Assembly: GCF_964355755.1 (NCBI RefSeq)
Contig: NC_092675.1
Location: forward strand, 10,597,812 to 10,661,811
Direction: 5' to 3'
Source of the DNA: Antedon mediterranea
Lineage: Eukaryota; Animalia; Echinodermata
Length of the DNA stretch: 64,000 bases
How positions within the stretch are numbered: position 1 is the stretch's first letter; each line of letters starts with the position of its first letter. The notes under the pieces were generated by a model that ran no database searches, was not told the origin of the DNA, and worked only from the letters and a program-made list of their open reading frames with translations. Shown piece after piece: positions 1 through 12,400 of this stretch. The position numbers and the translations under genes were made by a program.

Positions 1-29
1 TTTCTGTAACCCACAATTTCAATGTGAGA

Positions 30-100
30 GGTTTCGTAGTGTAGTGGTTGTCTAGTCTGCTTAACACGCAGAAGGTCCCGGTTCTCGCCCTGGCGAAACC
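30..100 (+). pseudogene. tRNA-Val(AAC)-like gene, probably a pseudogene
   Basis: Acceptor stem GGTTTCG(30-36)/CGAAACC(94-100) and anticodon arm TCTGC-TT-AAC-AC-GCAGA are intact. A-box TAGTGTAGTGG is present and a T5 Pol III terminator follows at 103-107. The D-stem 3' side and T-loop (TTCTCGC instead of TTCGANY) are degenerate. Confidence 0.75.
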
Positions 101-812
101 TATTTTTCTTTAACTTTCTAACTGTTTACGTCTGTATACAGCTTCTTTCGCTGTACCCCGAGTATTGCACATTCGTGCTTGTTTTTGCTGGGCATACTAA
201 CACAACACGACGATTGTTCACTACAGGCCTAGTCAAGCCTTAATAAATTTTAACTAAAATATAAAAACCTAACACTAAAATTTACAAGATAAGTTCTATT
301 TGATAACTGCTGAACATCATGGTTCTGGAGCTAACGAGCTGTACACAGAGCAGCATAGTTGTTGTTTGGTTGACATAACAGGGTATTCCCCTACACAGGT
401 CTCCGCGTGCGTGTGTGACGTGCCCAGTCAGCTGCTTGATAGAGAAAGCATGCAGCTCACACGCAAGTGCAAGATGCAATGGTTGAGTGAATTCAGGGAT
501 CATCTTAATTCCATGGTTTTTTACCTAAACACCACATGATGGTGAATATGCCTGTTAAAGTCTCAATGATACGATCCCTAATGTACCATGTTGTTGCTAG
601 GAGGCTTGAAAGGAGGAGGGATCTAGCCTAATTTCGGTCGGCAAGAGAATGCCGTCCTCTGACAATATAAGGTCGGCAATATTAAGGTCGGCAATTGAAA
701 TTTGTGGGCTGGAAATTACACCAACAATATAGTTCATAAACAAAAGAAAATAGCCGGAAATGCGATTTGCGGCCATAGGCCTATAGAGAAAAAAAATTCG
801 AGGGTATGGTTC

Positions 813-3404
813 CAGTGGCGGATCTAGCGGGGGCGTATTTTTTTTTTAAATTAAATAGATTTTAAAAACACGTATCGTTTCGACGGTCATCAATCACCGA
901 TGGTTTGCACATTTTCATAGTGAAAATAGTACGTCGGAGCACATCGTCAGCTTGATCGCATTCCACCAAGCATGATGTACGTCGACATCCTTTGTGTACT
1001 ATCAATCTCTAGCGTTACCAACGATCATTCACAGTTAAGTGTAAAAGGAGCAAGTTGATAAAAGCCACGTGGTGAGCTTGGTCGCGTTCCACTAAGCAGG
1101 TCGGCATCCTTTGTGATCGTCACTCCAGTATTGTAGAGTAGCGGTACCTCAGACGATCAATAGAGTTGATGAAGCCACTATGGTCAGTGCTACTATACTA
1201 CGCGCCCATTTATTAAGTACAATAAAAACAAAGGCTAGCAGGGGCGCAGCCAGTGGGGGGGTCACGGGGGTCCTGACCCCCCCTTTTTTTTTAGAAAAAA
1301 TAAATAAAAAACATGAGACAACAATACAGATCAAATCATCCTGGAGATACTGTGGAAGATTACTACCGAGCAGTATTACCAAATCAACTTCTTGATTACA
1401 AACCGAGTTAAAAACCCGTTTTTCTGCCGATAACAGGCCATGCTTTAAAATATTTGGCGTAGCACCCGAGTCTATAGTGAAGTGTAATGTTGAAGAAGTC
1501 TTCAAGGAACTTGAATTTGGTACGATGATCTGCCAAGACACGAACATCTTCATTCCGAGCTTCAGTGATGGAAGCGACTGTGTAAAATTAGCGGATCCAG
1601 ATGTGTTCCCGAATGTGCGTGCACTTCTTCTAATCGCGTAGGCCTATGCCCGTAACGTCTGAGTTTTTCGACTTTATGGAGAACGAAAACCTGTTTGGGA
1701 AATCACATGTCTTATGAGCAGCTTTTGGGATTGTGCCTCATGAACATACACTTTAACATGAACATTAATACAGAGAATGTCATTCGCGAATTCTGTCTCC
1801 AAGCCAAGAAGAATGTATGTTCCAAACTTATGTTTAAAGATGCATCACGCGATGTGTCAAGAGCGCCGTTATAGTAACTAACGTAAAATGTATGATAATA
1901 ATTTAGAAGTTAGTTATTACAATTATGTATAAGCTATCACCTATACTATACATTCGAACAAAATAGGTATATTTTTAAACAAAATATTGTATGTACTGGG
2001 TATGATAAGCGTCTCACATACACACGGAGCCAAGATAGCTTCTTGGACTTGCACAGTGTATGAACTCTAACCTTACGGTTCTCATTTAATAATATCACTC
2101 CCTCCATGCTATCATTCTAATTTCTTTTTTCAAACTTTTGCATCTCTACGTTCATTTCATGCAACTTTTGTATTGGTGAAAAGGGAGGAATTCAAATAAT
2201 TCCTCCTCTGAGTTTACAGCCTCTCTACACAAATTAACAAACACGCAAGAAAAAAAGTGTTTGTCTGTGGCAGCCTGGAATATAAAAATGTTCTGTAATG
2301 AAAATGAGAGTTGTTTTTTGTTTTCTTTGTTTCAGTTTTTTAGTGTTAACATTGTCATATTTGTGTGTGCGTAAACCGATTCAAATGATCTAGATTGCCC
2401 TAGACCGCCAAAGCTTCCAGGGGGCTTCGCCCCCTGGACCCCAACCGGGGGCCCTTGGCGGCCCCCTGGCCCCCAGCCCATGGTTGCTCGCTTCGCTCGC
2501 AAAATACTCACATATTGGTTGACCCCCCCTTTAATTCTTTGCTGGCTGCGCCCCTGGGCTAGGACTGTATGCCTATGAAAATTATCCCGTTAGGGATAAA
2601 TTTTATTAAAACGTATTACTATTAAAATATTAACAATGCTGCAGCATTTCATGACCCTTGTTGTTTTATTTGCTTTCACGTCGATGATTCTCATAAACAC
2701 ATCGCGATGACATCATGACAAAAGAGGTGTTTTGTTTTTTTCAAATCACTAAATATAATGTAATCGAGCCGAACCGCTAATTTTTAAACGATCGTTTAAA
2801 CCAGGTCGTTGAATATGCCGTGATTTTAATTGTCAAAAACATGACCGTCAGTCGATGGCTCGGAGTTTCGATAAATCTCGCGTCGCATGTGTTACGTGGT
2901 GGTGGAAAACACTCTCAGCAAGTTTGCTTCATTAATATGCATGAGACTCTGTGACGACCCGCTTTAACGTGACATCATTTTACTTTAGCTGCATGATGCG
3001 AAGAAGAAGTAGTCACTGCGATCGACCCGGCGCGCGTGTAAGAAAATAATACCGGCCTAGGCTAGGACAAGTTTATGCTTATATAAAAGCTGAAAAACAT
3101 CGTCGCGTTGTAAAAATTTAGATGTAATAAAGTACACAGGCAAGTTGTTAGCTTGCTTTGATACCCTAGGTAAGTATCAGCTGCATGTTCCACATGTCGT
3201 AATTTGCGAGCTTTAGAGTGTTTGGTAAATGACATTATGAGATGTTTGTAAATCGTTTTAAACGACTTACAATGCGCTAGAACGCCAAAATTTTCCTGGA
3301 TCCCGACCGGGGGCCCTTGGCGTCCCCCTGGCCCCCAGCCAATGTTTGCTCGCTTCAATCGCAAAGCTATGCCACCCCTATTTTAATATCCTGGATCCGC
3401 CCCT
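813..3404. mobile_element. Non-autonomous DNA transposon (CAGTGGCGGATC termini) hosting a nested hAT element
   Basis: Left end CAGTGGCGGATCTAG; right end CTGGATCCGCCCCT (terminal G apparently lost). Flanks are TGGTTC / TGGTTT (5/6 match). It carries the same GC-rich subterminal motif as the elements at 1239 and 30661. Confidence 0.5.
1239..2556 (+). mobile_element. Internally deleted hAT transposon with a degraded C-terminal dimerisation (hATC) domain
   Basis: Perfect 15-bp TIR CAGGGGCGCAGCCAG / CTGGCTGCGCCCCTG and 6-bp direct repeat GGCTAG on both flanks. About 1575-1800 translates, with a stop and frameshift, as DPDVFPNVRALLLIA..PVTS..FSTLWRTKTCLGNHMSYEQLLGLCLMNIH..INTENVIREF, a typical hATC signature. 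Confidence 0.8.
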
Positions 3405-3416
3405 TGGTTTCACTAA

Positions 3417-6400
3417 TAGTAGAGCAGTTAAGGCCATAAAAATAGCCAAGTTGTGCACTTTATTACCAAAGCATGAAACTTGCCACAAAGTTTCTTTGAT
3501 GTATATAGATTCAAAATATCGGGGGGTGCCAATTGTCCAACGTCCGGTATGGCGGCCATCTTGATATTTGTAGTAATGAAACATTTTCACATAAAATGAC
3601 TGGAAATACAATTTATAACCTTTGACATATATAATTATGTGAACATACTGTATGTGGTTTACATTGGTATAAATGCACCTAATTTGTTTTACCGAAATAA
3701 ATGACACTTAATGCAAAAATGACCAGGAATTTATTATTCTGAATTTTTGACTTTTGATGTGATAGGATAGGCGTAAAGTATGACAGATCACTGAGAAACA
3801 GCAATCACTGAGCTCATGCCGACTTGTTTGCTAAACTGTGATGTGTCAATCGTTATATAAAAGTTTTGGTCCTCTCTCCTTCATCTTTTCTTTTTTTTTG
3901 TAATGTATTATAAGAGAACACCGTCTTTCAAAGTACTTACTACAGTAGACCTACTTTCATTAGTCAGAAACTCAGATAATTCTTGGTCATTTTCGTTGCA
4001 TCTAAACAAATGTACTCAATTTTTATGGTAATGAGCCTTTGCTGTAAACCATCTGAATCCTTTTCCTCGATTTTCTCTAGTCATTGATTTTTTAGCAAAA
4101 TCCGAACCAAATCAATTCGTAAAAGACATCTCAATATAATTATTCAAGTAATCCTCAAATTAGTGACATGGACCTACAATATACTGTTCTGTACAAGACC
4201 TTTTTAGGCATCCACCTGTGGACTTTCACTTTGAAGGTCTTGGTCTCCTAATCATACAAGAAACAATGTCTGATTTAATCAATCAAAGTAGTGGGTCCAG
4301 ACCATCCACAGACAAAGAAGGGGGTATAAGACCATCCACAGACAAAGAAGGGGGTATAAGACCATCCACAGACAAAGAAGGGGGTGTAAGACCATCCACA
4401 CACAAAGAAGGGGGTATAAGACCATCCACAGACAAAGAAAGGGGAAGGCCATCTACAGACAAAGAAGGGGGTGTAGGACCATCCACAGACAAAGAAGGGG
4501 GTGTAAGACCATCCACAGACAAAGAAGGGGGTGTAAGACCATCCACAGACAAAGAAGGGGGCGTAGGACCCTCCACAGACAAAGAAGGGGGTGTAAGACC
4601 ATCCACTGACAAAGAAGGGGGTATAGGACCACTTACAGACAAAGAAGGGGGTATAAGACCATCCACAGACAAAGAAGGGGGTGTAAGACCATCCACAGAC
4701 AAAGGGGGTGTAGGACCATCCACACACAAAGAAGGGGGTATAAGACCATCCACAGACAAAGAAAGGGGTGTAAGGCCATCTACAGACAAAGAAGGGGGCG
4801 TATGACCCTCCACAGACAAAGAAGGGGGTGTAAGACCATCCACTGACAAAGAAGGGGTATAGGACCACTTACAGACAAAGAAGGGGGTATAAGACCATCC
4901 ACAGACAAAGAAGGGGGTGTAAGACCATCCACAGACAAAGAAAGGGGTGTAAGACCATCCACACACAAAGAAGGGGGTATAAGACCATCCACAGACAAAG
5001 AAAGGGGTGTAAGGCCATCTACAGACAAAGAAGGGGATGTAGGACCATCCACAGACAAAGAAGGGGGTGTAAGACCATCCACAGACAAAGAAGGGGTGTA
5101 AGACCATCCACAGACAAAGAAGGGGGAGTAGGACCCTCCACAGACAAAGAAGGGGGTGTAAGACCATTCACTGACAAAAAAGGGGGTATAGAACCACTTA
5201 CAGACAAAGAAGGGGGTATAAGACCATCCACAGACAAAGAAGGTGGTGTAAGACCATCCACAGACAAAGAAGTGGGTGTAGGACCATTCACAGACAAAGA
5301 AGGGGATGTAGGACCGTCCACAGACAAAGAAGGGGGTATAAGACCATCCACAGACAAAGAAGGGGTATAAGACCATCGACAGAGAAAGAAGGGGGTGTAA
5401 GACCATCCACAGACAAAGAAGGGGTGTAAGACCATCCACACACAAAAGAAAAAGGTGTAAGACCATCCACACACACAAAAGGGGTGTAATACCATCCACA
5501 CACAAAAAAAGAGGTGTAATACCATCCACAGACAAAGAAAAGGGTGTAATACCATCAACAGACAAAGAAAAGGGTGTAATACCATCAACAGACAAAGCAA
5601 AGGGTGTAATACCATCAACAGGCACAGAAGGGGGTATAATACCGTCCACAGACAAAGAAAGGGGTGTAAGACCATCCACAGACAAAGAAGGGGGTGTAGG
5701 ACCATCCACAGACAAAGAAGGGGGTGTAAGACCATCCACAGACAAAGAAGGGGGTGTATGACCATCCACAGACAAAGAAGGGGGTGTAAGACCATCCACT
5801 GACAAAGAAAGGGTATAGGACCACTTACAGACAAAGAAGGGGGTATAAGACCATCCACAGACAAAGAAGGGGGTGTAGGACTATCCACAGACAAAGAAGG
5901 AAGTGTAGGACCATCCACAGACAAAGAAGGGGTGGAAGACCATCTACATGCAAAGAAAGGGGTGTAAGACCATCCACACACAAAGAAAGGGGTGTAATAC
6001 CATCAACACGCACAGAAGGGGGTGTAAGACCATCCACAGACAAAGAAGGGGGGTATAAGACCATCCACAGACAAAGAATGGGGTATAAGACCATCCACAG
6101 ACAAAGAATGGGGTATAAGACCATACAGACAAAGAAGGAGGAGTAGGACCATATTAACCGAGGAAGCATACAAAAAGAAGATACAATCAAAATACCACTT
6201 GGAAAACAATAAATTGTAGAATAACTGAGGCTTGATTGTTGAAATATAAAGGGTTCTTTGTAAGGTCATTAATAATATATTGATATAAACACGATCATCA
6301 TACTTTTCATTTGTCATTCAAATACAGTCTATCTCGAAAAGAAGCTCATACTATCACCTTTTCGAGGTTTTACGGTATTCCATAACATGTATGTTATTTC

Positions 6401-7062
6401 CTCTGTCAAACTATTAAAACTTTTAGCGAATCAGAAGGTGCCAACATCATTGAACTAATGGTACCACCAAGCACAATGTTTACCAATTTTATGTACTATA
6501 TACAATTTAAGTCCATTAATCATTTAATATAATTACGCCTATCAGGTCAAAGGAAGACCAACAAAAACCACATACAGTATATTCACCTAATTAAAAATCA
6601 ATAAATAAATGTCAAAGGTCATAAATTGTATTTCCGGTCATTTTATGTGAAAATGTTTCATTACTACAAATATAAATGTATTTATTCTGAACAAAATGAC
6701 ACCAAAATCGATTGAAAATGACCAGTAGTTACAGAGATATACAAATACGAGGTCAAAGGTCAAACTGAAAGAAACGTCATTTCCGGTCATTTTTGGACGA
6801 AAATTTTCATTAGAGCAAATAGAAATATATAGTTTGTGAACAATTTGAGACCATAATTAAGTCTCTAATGTGTATAGTTGCCAAGATATGAACATTTTTT
6901 GTTTTTATGGTGGCCATTTTGAAATCAAGATGGCCGCCATACCGGACGTTGGACGCTTGGCACCCCACGATATTTTGAATCTAAATACATTAAAGAAACT
7001 TTGTGCCAAGTTTCATGCTTTGGTAATAAAATGCACAGCTCATGTCATTAACTGCTCTACTA
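3417..7062. mobile_element. Long-TIR (foldback/MITE-like) element enclosing the 30-bp minisatellite
   Basis: Ends are TAGTAGAGCAGTTAA / TTAACTGCTCTACTA. About 3417-3720 is an imperfect inverted copy of about 6610-7062, and the left arm has an internal deletion. No clear TSD. Confidence 0.65.
4299..6150. repeat. 30-bp minisatellite, about 60 copies
   Basis: Consensus AGACCATCCACAGACAAAGAAGGGGGTRTA, with occasional 1-3 bp indels in the G run. Confidence 0.97.
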
Positions 7063-8686
7063 TAAACAACTTAACGATCCACCCCGCCGTCAAACCTGGT
7101 TACGGCCCTTTCACAGTACACATGCTAGACCCGAGTGACTCCAAACGCACTATTTAACGGTTGTTCAATAGTACTTTTTTTCGTGTGTGCAAACAAAAAA
7201 TCTTTTTGCGTTTGGAAAATATTGTTTTATTCTATTATTCTTTTGAAACAGCGCCACCTATTTTGTAGTGTTATGGAAGGAGTAACGATAGACCAACATC
7301 AGCATGGTGAGAATAACCTATAAATGGAGAAAAAACCGATGTAGAATTTTCAATTATTACAACCGTTTGCTTTAAAGCAGACGGAATCTTAAATACGTAA
7401 ACGTTAGTGGTCTTTCGGAACAACAAAATAATGATGTTTAAACTAATTTTTAACTAACCTACCTGGACGGATGAATCTCGGTGATTGCCACGACCACAAT
7501 TAGTTACCAAATGTAGTCTGGGTTCCAGACGGAGTTTTGTCTTAATATTAGTAAAAAGATAAATATTTATCCAATTCCGGTCGCCTTACGGGGAGCAGTT
7601 GGAAAAGAAGTAAAAACTAAGCTATATGAACCTAATTATCTGATACCTCGTTTGCTTCACCTATAGTTTTAGTCAAAAGCCCAGATGAGACAATCAGATT
7701 TTGTGTCGATTTTCTAAAATTAAACCGGTTTACAGTTGTTTTGATGTTGAGCCGATACCAGATGTTCGGTAAATCTCTTGCGTTTCCTACTCACCTCTAC
7801 CAATGACATGATGTTTTAAAACTAACTACAGGTATATTTAAAACAGCTACATTACCTCCATCTTTATTGGATATGTTGAGCGCAAAAAGAACATGCTTAT
7901 AGGGGAATGTTTTTAATTTTAGAATAAAATGAACCAGGGGATCATCATAACGTAAACCGTTAACCTCAAGTTATCTCGCAGTTAACAAATTATAATGCGG
8001 TAATATTGACGGTGTACTGTATTTGGTGGAGCTAACAATTAATAATAGAGCCGCAATCCATCAATACATAAGTGAATTAATTCAAGACTTGTTGCTAATT
8101 GTTACATATTTATTAGGTGACAAAAAATAAAGACATGCAAGCATCTTGTTAGTTACCATTAGTTACGTAAACCAATTAAACTTTACATACATTGGTAATA
8201 TAAAAAGGATAGTAATCGTTGCAGTCTAAATATCATAGAGGGCAGTATAGGAAAATAATATATCTTGAAAAAGGAATCTAATCTATGTTTATAAAAGGAA
8301 AGAAAATCAGTAATATTATGTGATTTGATTAACTAATCGCAATCATTACTTTTGACCGTGAGCATCTTTGTTGAAGTCGTTTAAAATCTTTTCTACAACA
8401 AACACTTATTTGAACCAATCAAATCTGTAAATGAAACATAATACAACACCAGTGTCAGTTTATTAATATGTTTATGCCCAGAAAACAAGCTGGGAAGTTA
8501 GATTATATAATTATTATATAAACCATATAATAGATAAATTACCATCCTTAAAAACACGACAGACGGAAGTGAAAATAAAATCTACTTACAGTAAAAGAAT
8601 GCCTACTAAAAAAGTAATTAGAAAGCTACATAATCTAATGTGCTGTTTTTAACTAAATATAATGGGGAATGTTTTTCTGATCTCAC

Positions 8687-8863
8687 CTGGGGCTTGGCAA
8701 ACATGCGTAGTGACATGTACATCGATATAAAGCGAATCTGATGGGTATGCTGGGACACAAACGACCGCTTCATCTCTTGCGTAGCACTCCATTGTGAACT
8801 GTTGAGTTTGACTCTGTAGAAGGTCGCTTGTCAGCCCTTTGACGATTATTTTCTTTACAATTT
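8687..8863 (-). CDS. Gene B candidate exon 17 (no recognised domain)
   Basis: Acceptor TTTAAG, donor CAG|GTGAGA, phase 1-1 and open: IVKKIIVKGLTSDLLQSQTQQFTMECYARDEAVVCVPAYPSDSLYIDVHVTTHVCQAP. GC content is higher than the flanks. Confidence 0.45.
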
Positions 8864-9304
8864 CTTAAATAATGAATTTGAACTTCGTTAATGGTTTATT
8901 TTTATATAACCGATAATGTAGCTTTTTTTTTGGTTTGTCCATAGACCAACTATTGTTATTGCAAGGACTTTCACCAGGATAGGTAAGTGTGGGTAGGTAA
9001 AGTTAGTCTAGCGCATCCCAGATACGCTCAATCTACCCAAACGAGCTAGCTTTCTGTCATCCAAAGTAATTGATTTGTCAATTACACAGAAGTCTCTCAA
9101 AAGTCGCGGACATAAATTGTAAATTCATTATCTGGTCGGTCAAGTTTTCTAAAAATCTTCTTATGGTATATTTACGATTGGAATGAAACTCATTTCACAG
9201 GCAATAAAACAATGGTGAAACATAACTAATTTTTCTACCATATTTGGGCACATCACAAGTTTTGTTACATAAAGTTTGATAGAGTATAAACGATATTTAC
9301 TTAC

Positions 9305-9496
9305 GGGAGTTCAGAGTGCCATCTTCATTTACCCGAGAATGGATATCGCTGATACAGTTTTTTTCATCGTCTGATAAGGTATACTCAACAGGACAGGCAC
9401 ACGAGTATAATGGAATTGTGGAGTCTGATGTGCGACTAGTGGGTAAGCAAAGGTGGCTACACCCACCGTTTAAAACTCCGCAAACATTGCTAGTTC
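9305..9496 (-). CDS. Gene B exon: EGF-C
   Basis: [16 protein letters not shown]...[18 protein letters not shown]; donor GTAAGT. Confidence 0.85.
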
Positions 9497-12400
9497 CTTT
9501 TCGGAAAAATTAACAAAATACGTATGGCTTTAGTTTAATTTTTAAAAATGTATGTTCGATTTAAAAAACAAAAATAATCAACGTAATAACTCACTTTCTA
9601 AACCATTGGCCAGAATAATTAGATACTTACGGTTTCGGAACATGCGATCAGCTTCAGCAACGATTATTCCCATAGGTGATTGGAAACCTGAATGAAGGAC
9701 TTGAATGTTACCACCTGTATGCTTATCAACTGACAGAATGGCCTGCTTATCCCAGTCGGTCCAATAAAGTGTGTCCTTGGTGTGTTTAAAAAATATATAT
9801 TATTACTAAAATATTATATTATCCTATGGCCGTATTCACCAATCACACTTAAGTGAGATATTTCCCTTAAATCCTAAGAATTTACCTTAAATCAAGACAA
9901 ATTAAGGGTTTCACTTAAGTGATATTAACAAAGGTTTTAATGTTAAGTGAAATCCTTAACTTGGTATATTTTCCCCTAAACTTTTAAGAGACCTTAATAA
10001 GTTTCATTTAATTATCCAGTATCTTGATTGTGCTGACGATTCTGTATGCACGAGTGTTATATAGATAGCCCCAGTCTAGGCTAGATGGGCTGGGCTGCCC
10101 AGTAACCAGCCCGGGATTCATATTATGTTTGGTTTGTGAGTAGCATCTAGACCTATTTTTTCTTTATCCTCATCATACAAATTAGTCTAGGCCTATGTAT
10201 AAATTTATTTGCTTTTGTTTTGACTGCCATTATTACATTTTCGTGCAATATGGAAAATAGCCCTAGTCTAGGTAGAGATGCTAGTCCCACTGTTGGTCTG
10301 CCCAGTAACCAGCCTAGGATTTAATGCCTCAATACAAGTTTAGGCCTACACAGAAGTTTGTTTTTTAAGTAGCATCTAGACCTATTTTTCTTGATTCTCA
10401 GCATACAAATTAATGTAGGCCTATATATTCATTTATTTGTTTTTTTGTTTTGACTGCTATTTTCTTTTTATAGATCACCATACACACTTTCTTCCTCCTC
10501 CCCGTCCCCAACCCCCTCAACCTTTTTTTGTTTGTAAATATGCAAATTAGTTTTTAGAGAGGAGTGTGATTGGACCATAGAGGAATTGAATCCTCTGTGA
10601 TTGGACAATGGGACAACTCATGAATATGTATGATTATGTTTACCCTTGAATTAAGTTTTCCTTTGGTAAGTGTGAATCACTATTAGTTTTAGATATGAAG
10701 ATACGAATTTTGTTGATGTGAATACAATGTATCACTTGAGTGAAAATACTGGCGGCGTATGCTTTTTCAAAGCCTTGGTACCGCCAGACCTCTCCACACT
10801 GTCGCCGGTACCAATGTTTGATAGTCTAAGTCAGAGATTGACCCATCACATGGCGGGGGAAATGACATACGCCGCCAATAGTTTTACTTTCAATACATTC
10901 ACTCGCGCTATAAAATGCATATCATCAATGCATTTCATTCACATCACATTATGAAATTTATATCATTGATGCATTTCATTCATATTGCGTCATAAAATTC
11001 ATATATAAAAATGTTGCATAAACGGTGTTTTATGGGAGCGCGTGGGATCGTAATAAAATTCGTAGATTTTAACCTTGTTCAACAGGATAAACATAAACAT
11101 GTTATATCATATTTTGGTTTAAGAATAGAACTTACATCAAATACTGCTAGACCAAATGGATGAGGTAAGTATTCCTCGCTTTCCAGGACAACGCGAACGC
11201 CTTCACCTTCAAGTCCCGAGCATGAAATTCGTCCAAGTTTCGCATCGGCCCAAAAGATCTTGCGCATTTGGTAATCGATTGTCAGACCATTTGGCCAGTG
11301 TATGTCTTCGGTTATAATAGCACGACGATTAGTCCCATCCATACCACTCTTTGAAATACTTGCAAACAATCCCCAATCTGACCAGTACATATTTCTGAAA
11401 TACGTCATCAAAATGAAAATTGTGGTAACCCATGAGAAGGATAATTGTTTATGTAATGTAAGAACATATTAAAATTTGCTAGACAATCTGGCATAGATAT
11501 GTGAGATGCACTTAGTTGAATGTAATAATCTATGAAGAAAAAGAAAACATTCTACTGTATTTTTAAAATTGAAAAAAAATGACAAATTACATCATCATGG
11601 CATATTATTGAAAATGTGAATTTTTAAAATGGCACTTTATGACGTCACAGTTGAATGATCACGCTGACTTTATTATAGAAAAGATATTGTGAAAAAATAT
11701 TTATTTTTTAACAAAATATGTACAGAAATTAACAAACAAGTCGAACAAAAAACTTCTAACACGAGTTTACTAACCCATCGGATGGATCCAAAACAATAGC
11801 TCTTGGTTCATCGAGGTCGCTAAACAAAATCTTACGTGAACTTCCGTCCATGTTGGCAACCTCAATAGTGTTGGATCCAGTATCAGTCCAGTAGATGTGG
11901 TGATGTACCCAATCTATTGCGATCCCATCTGGCGTCATCACGCCATTATTCAGAACAGTCACGCTTGATCGAGCTTTTTTCTGGAAGTCATCATCTGACG
12001 TCAGTGGCACGCTGGTATAAATATATATTTACTTGATTAATTATTAATATTGCATATAATTATCCCTAATCAATATCATTGAAATTTTCAAATTCGGAAG
12101 GGTTTTTTTTTTCGAGCTTGGCGATATTCTACCATATCAATACCTTATGATTTTTTCAGTAGCTACGTCAGTATAATATAGTAAATGCTGGTACAGATCA
12201 ACCTCAACGGATATGGCTCCGTTTGTTCCCCCAACTAATGTTGTAAGACTTCTGGTGGCTGTGTCAAACTTCAGTATTGATCGTCTGTTGGCGACTATGA
12301 GCACCGGTTGCCTTGGACTATTGTGAATACACGTTCGGCTATCTGATGCTAGACTGTAGTTGCGTGGACAGAGGCATTTGTATGTTGCTTCCTGATTGAT

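Noticed and set aside
282-539. Overlapping short ORFs as possible terminal exon of gene B
   Set aside because: No hydrophobic TM stretch, NPxY motif or recognisable domain in the listed ORFs.
4218-6317. Long ORFs on both strands (RPSTDKEGGV and PPSLSVDGL repeats)
   Set aside because: By-products of a 30-bp minisatellite with frequent frameshifting indels; no splice context or domain.
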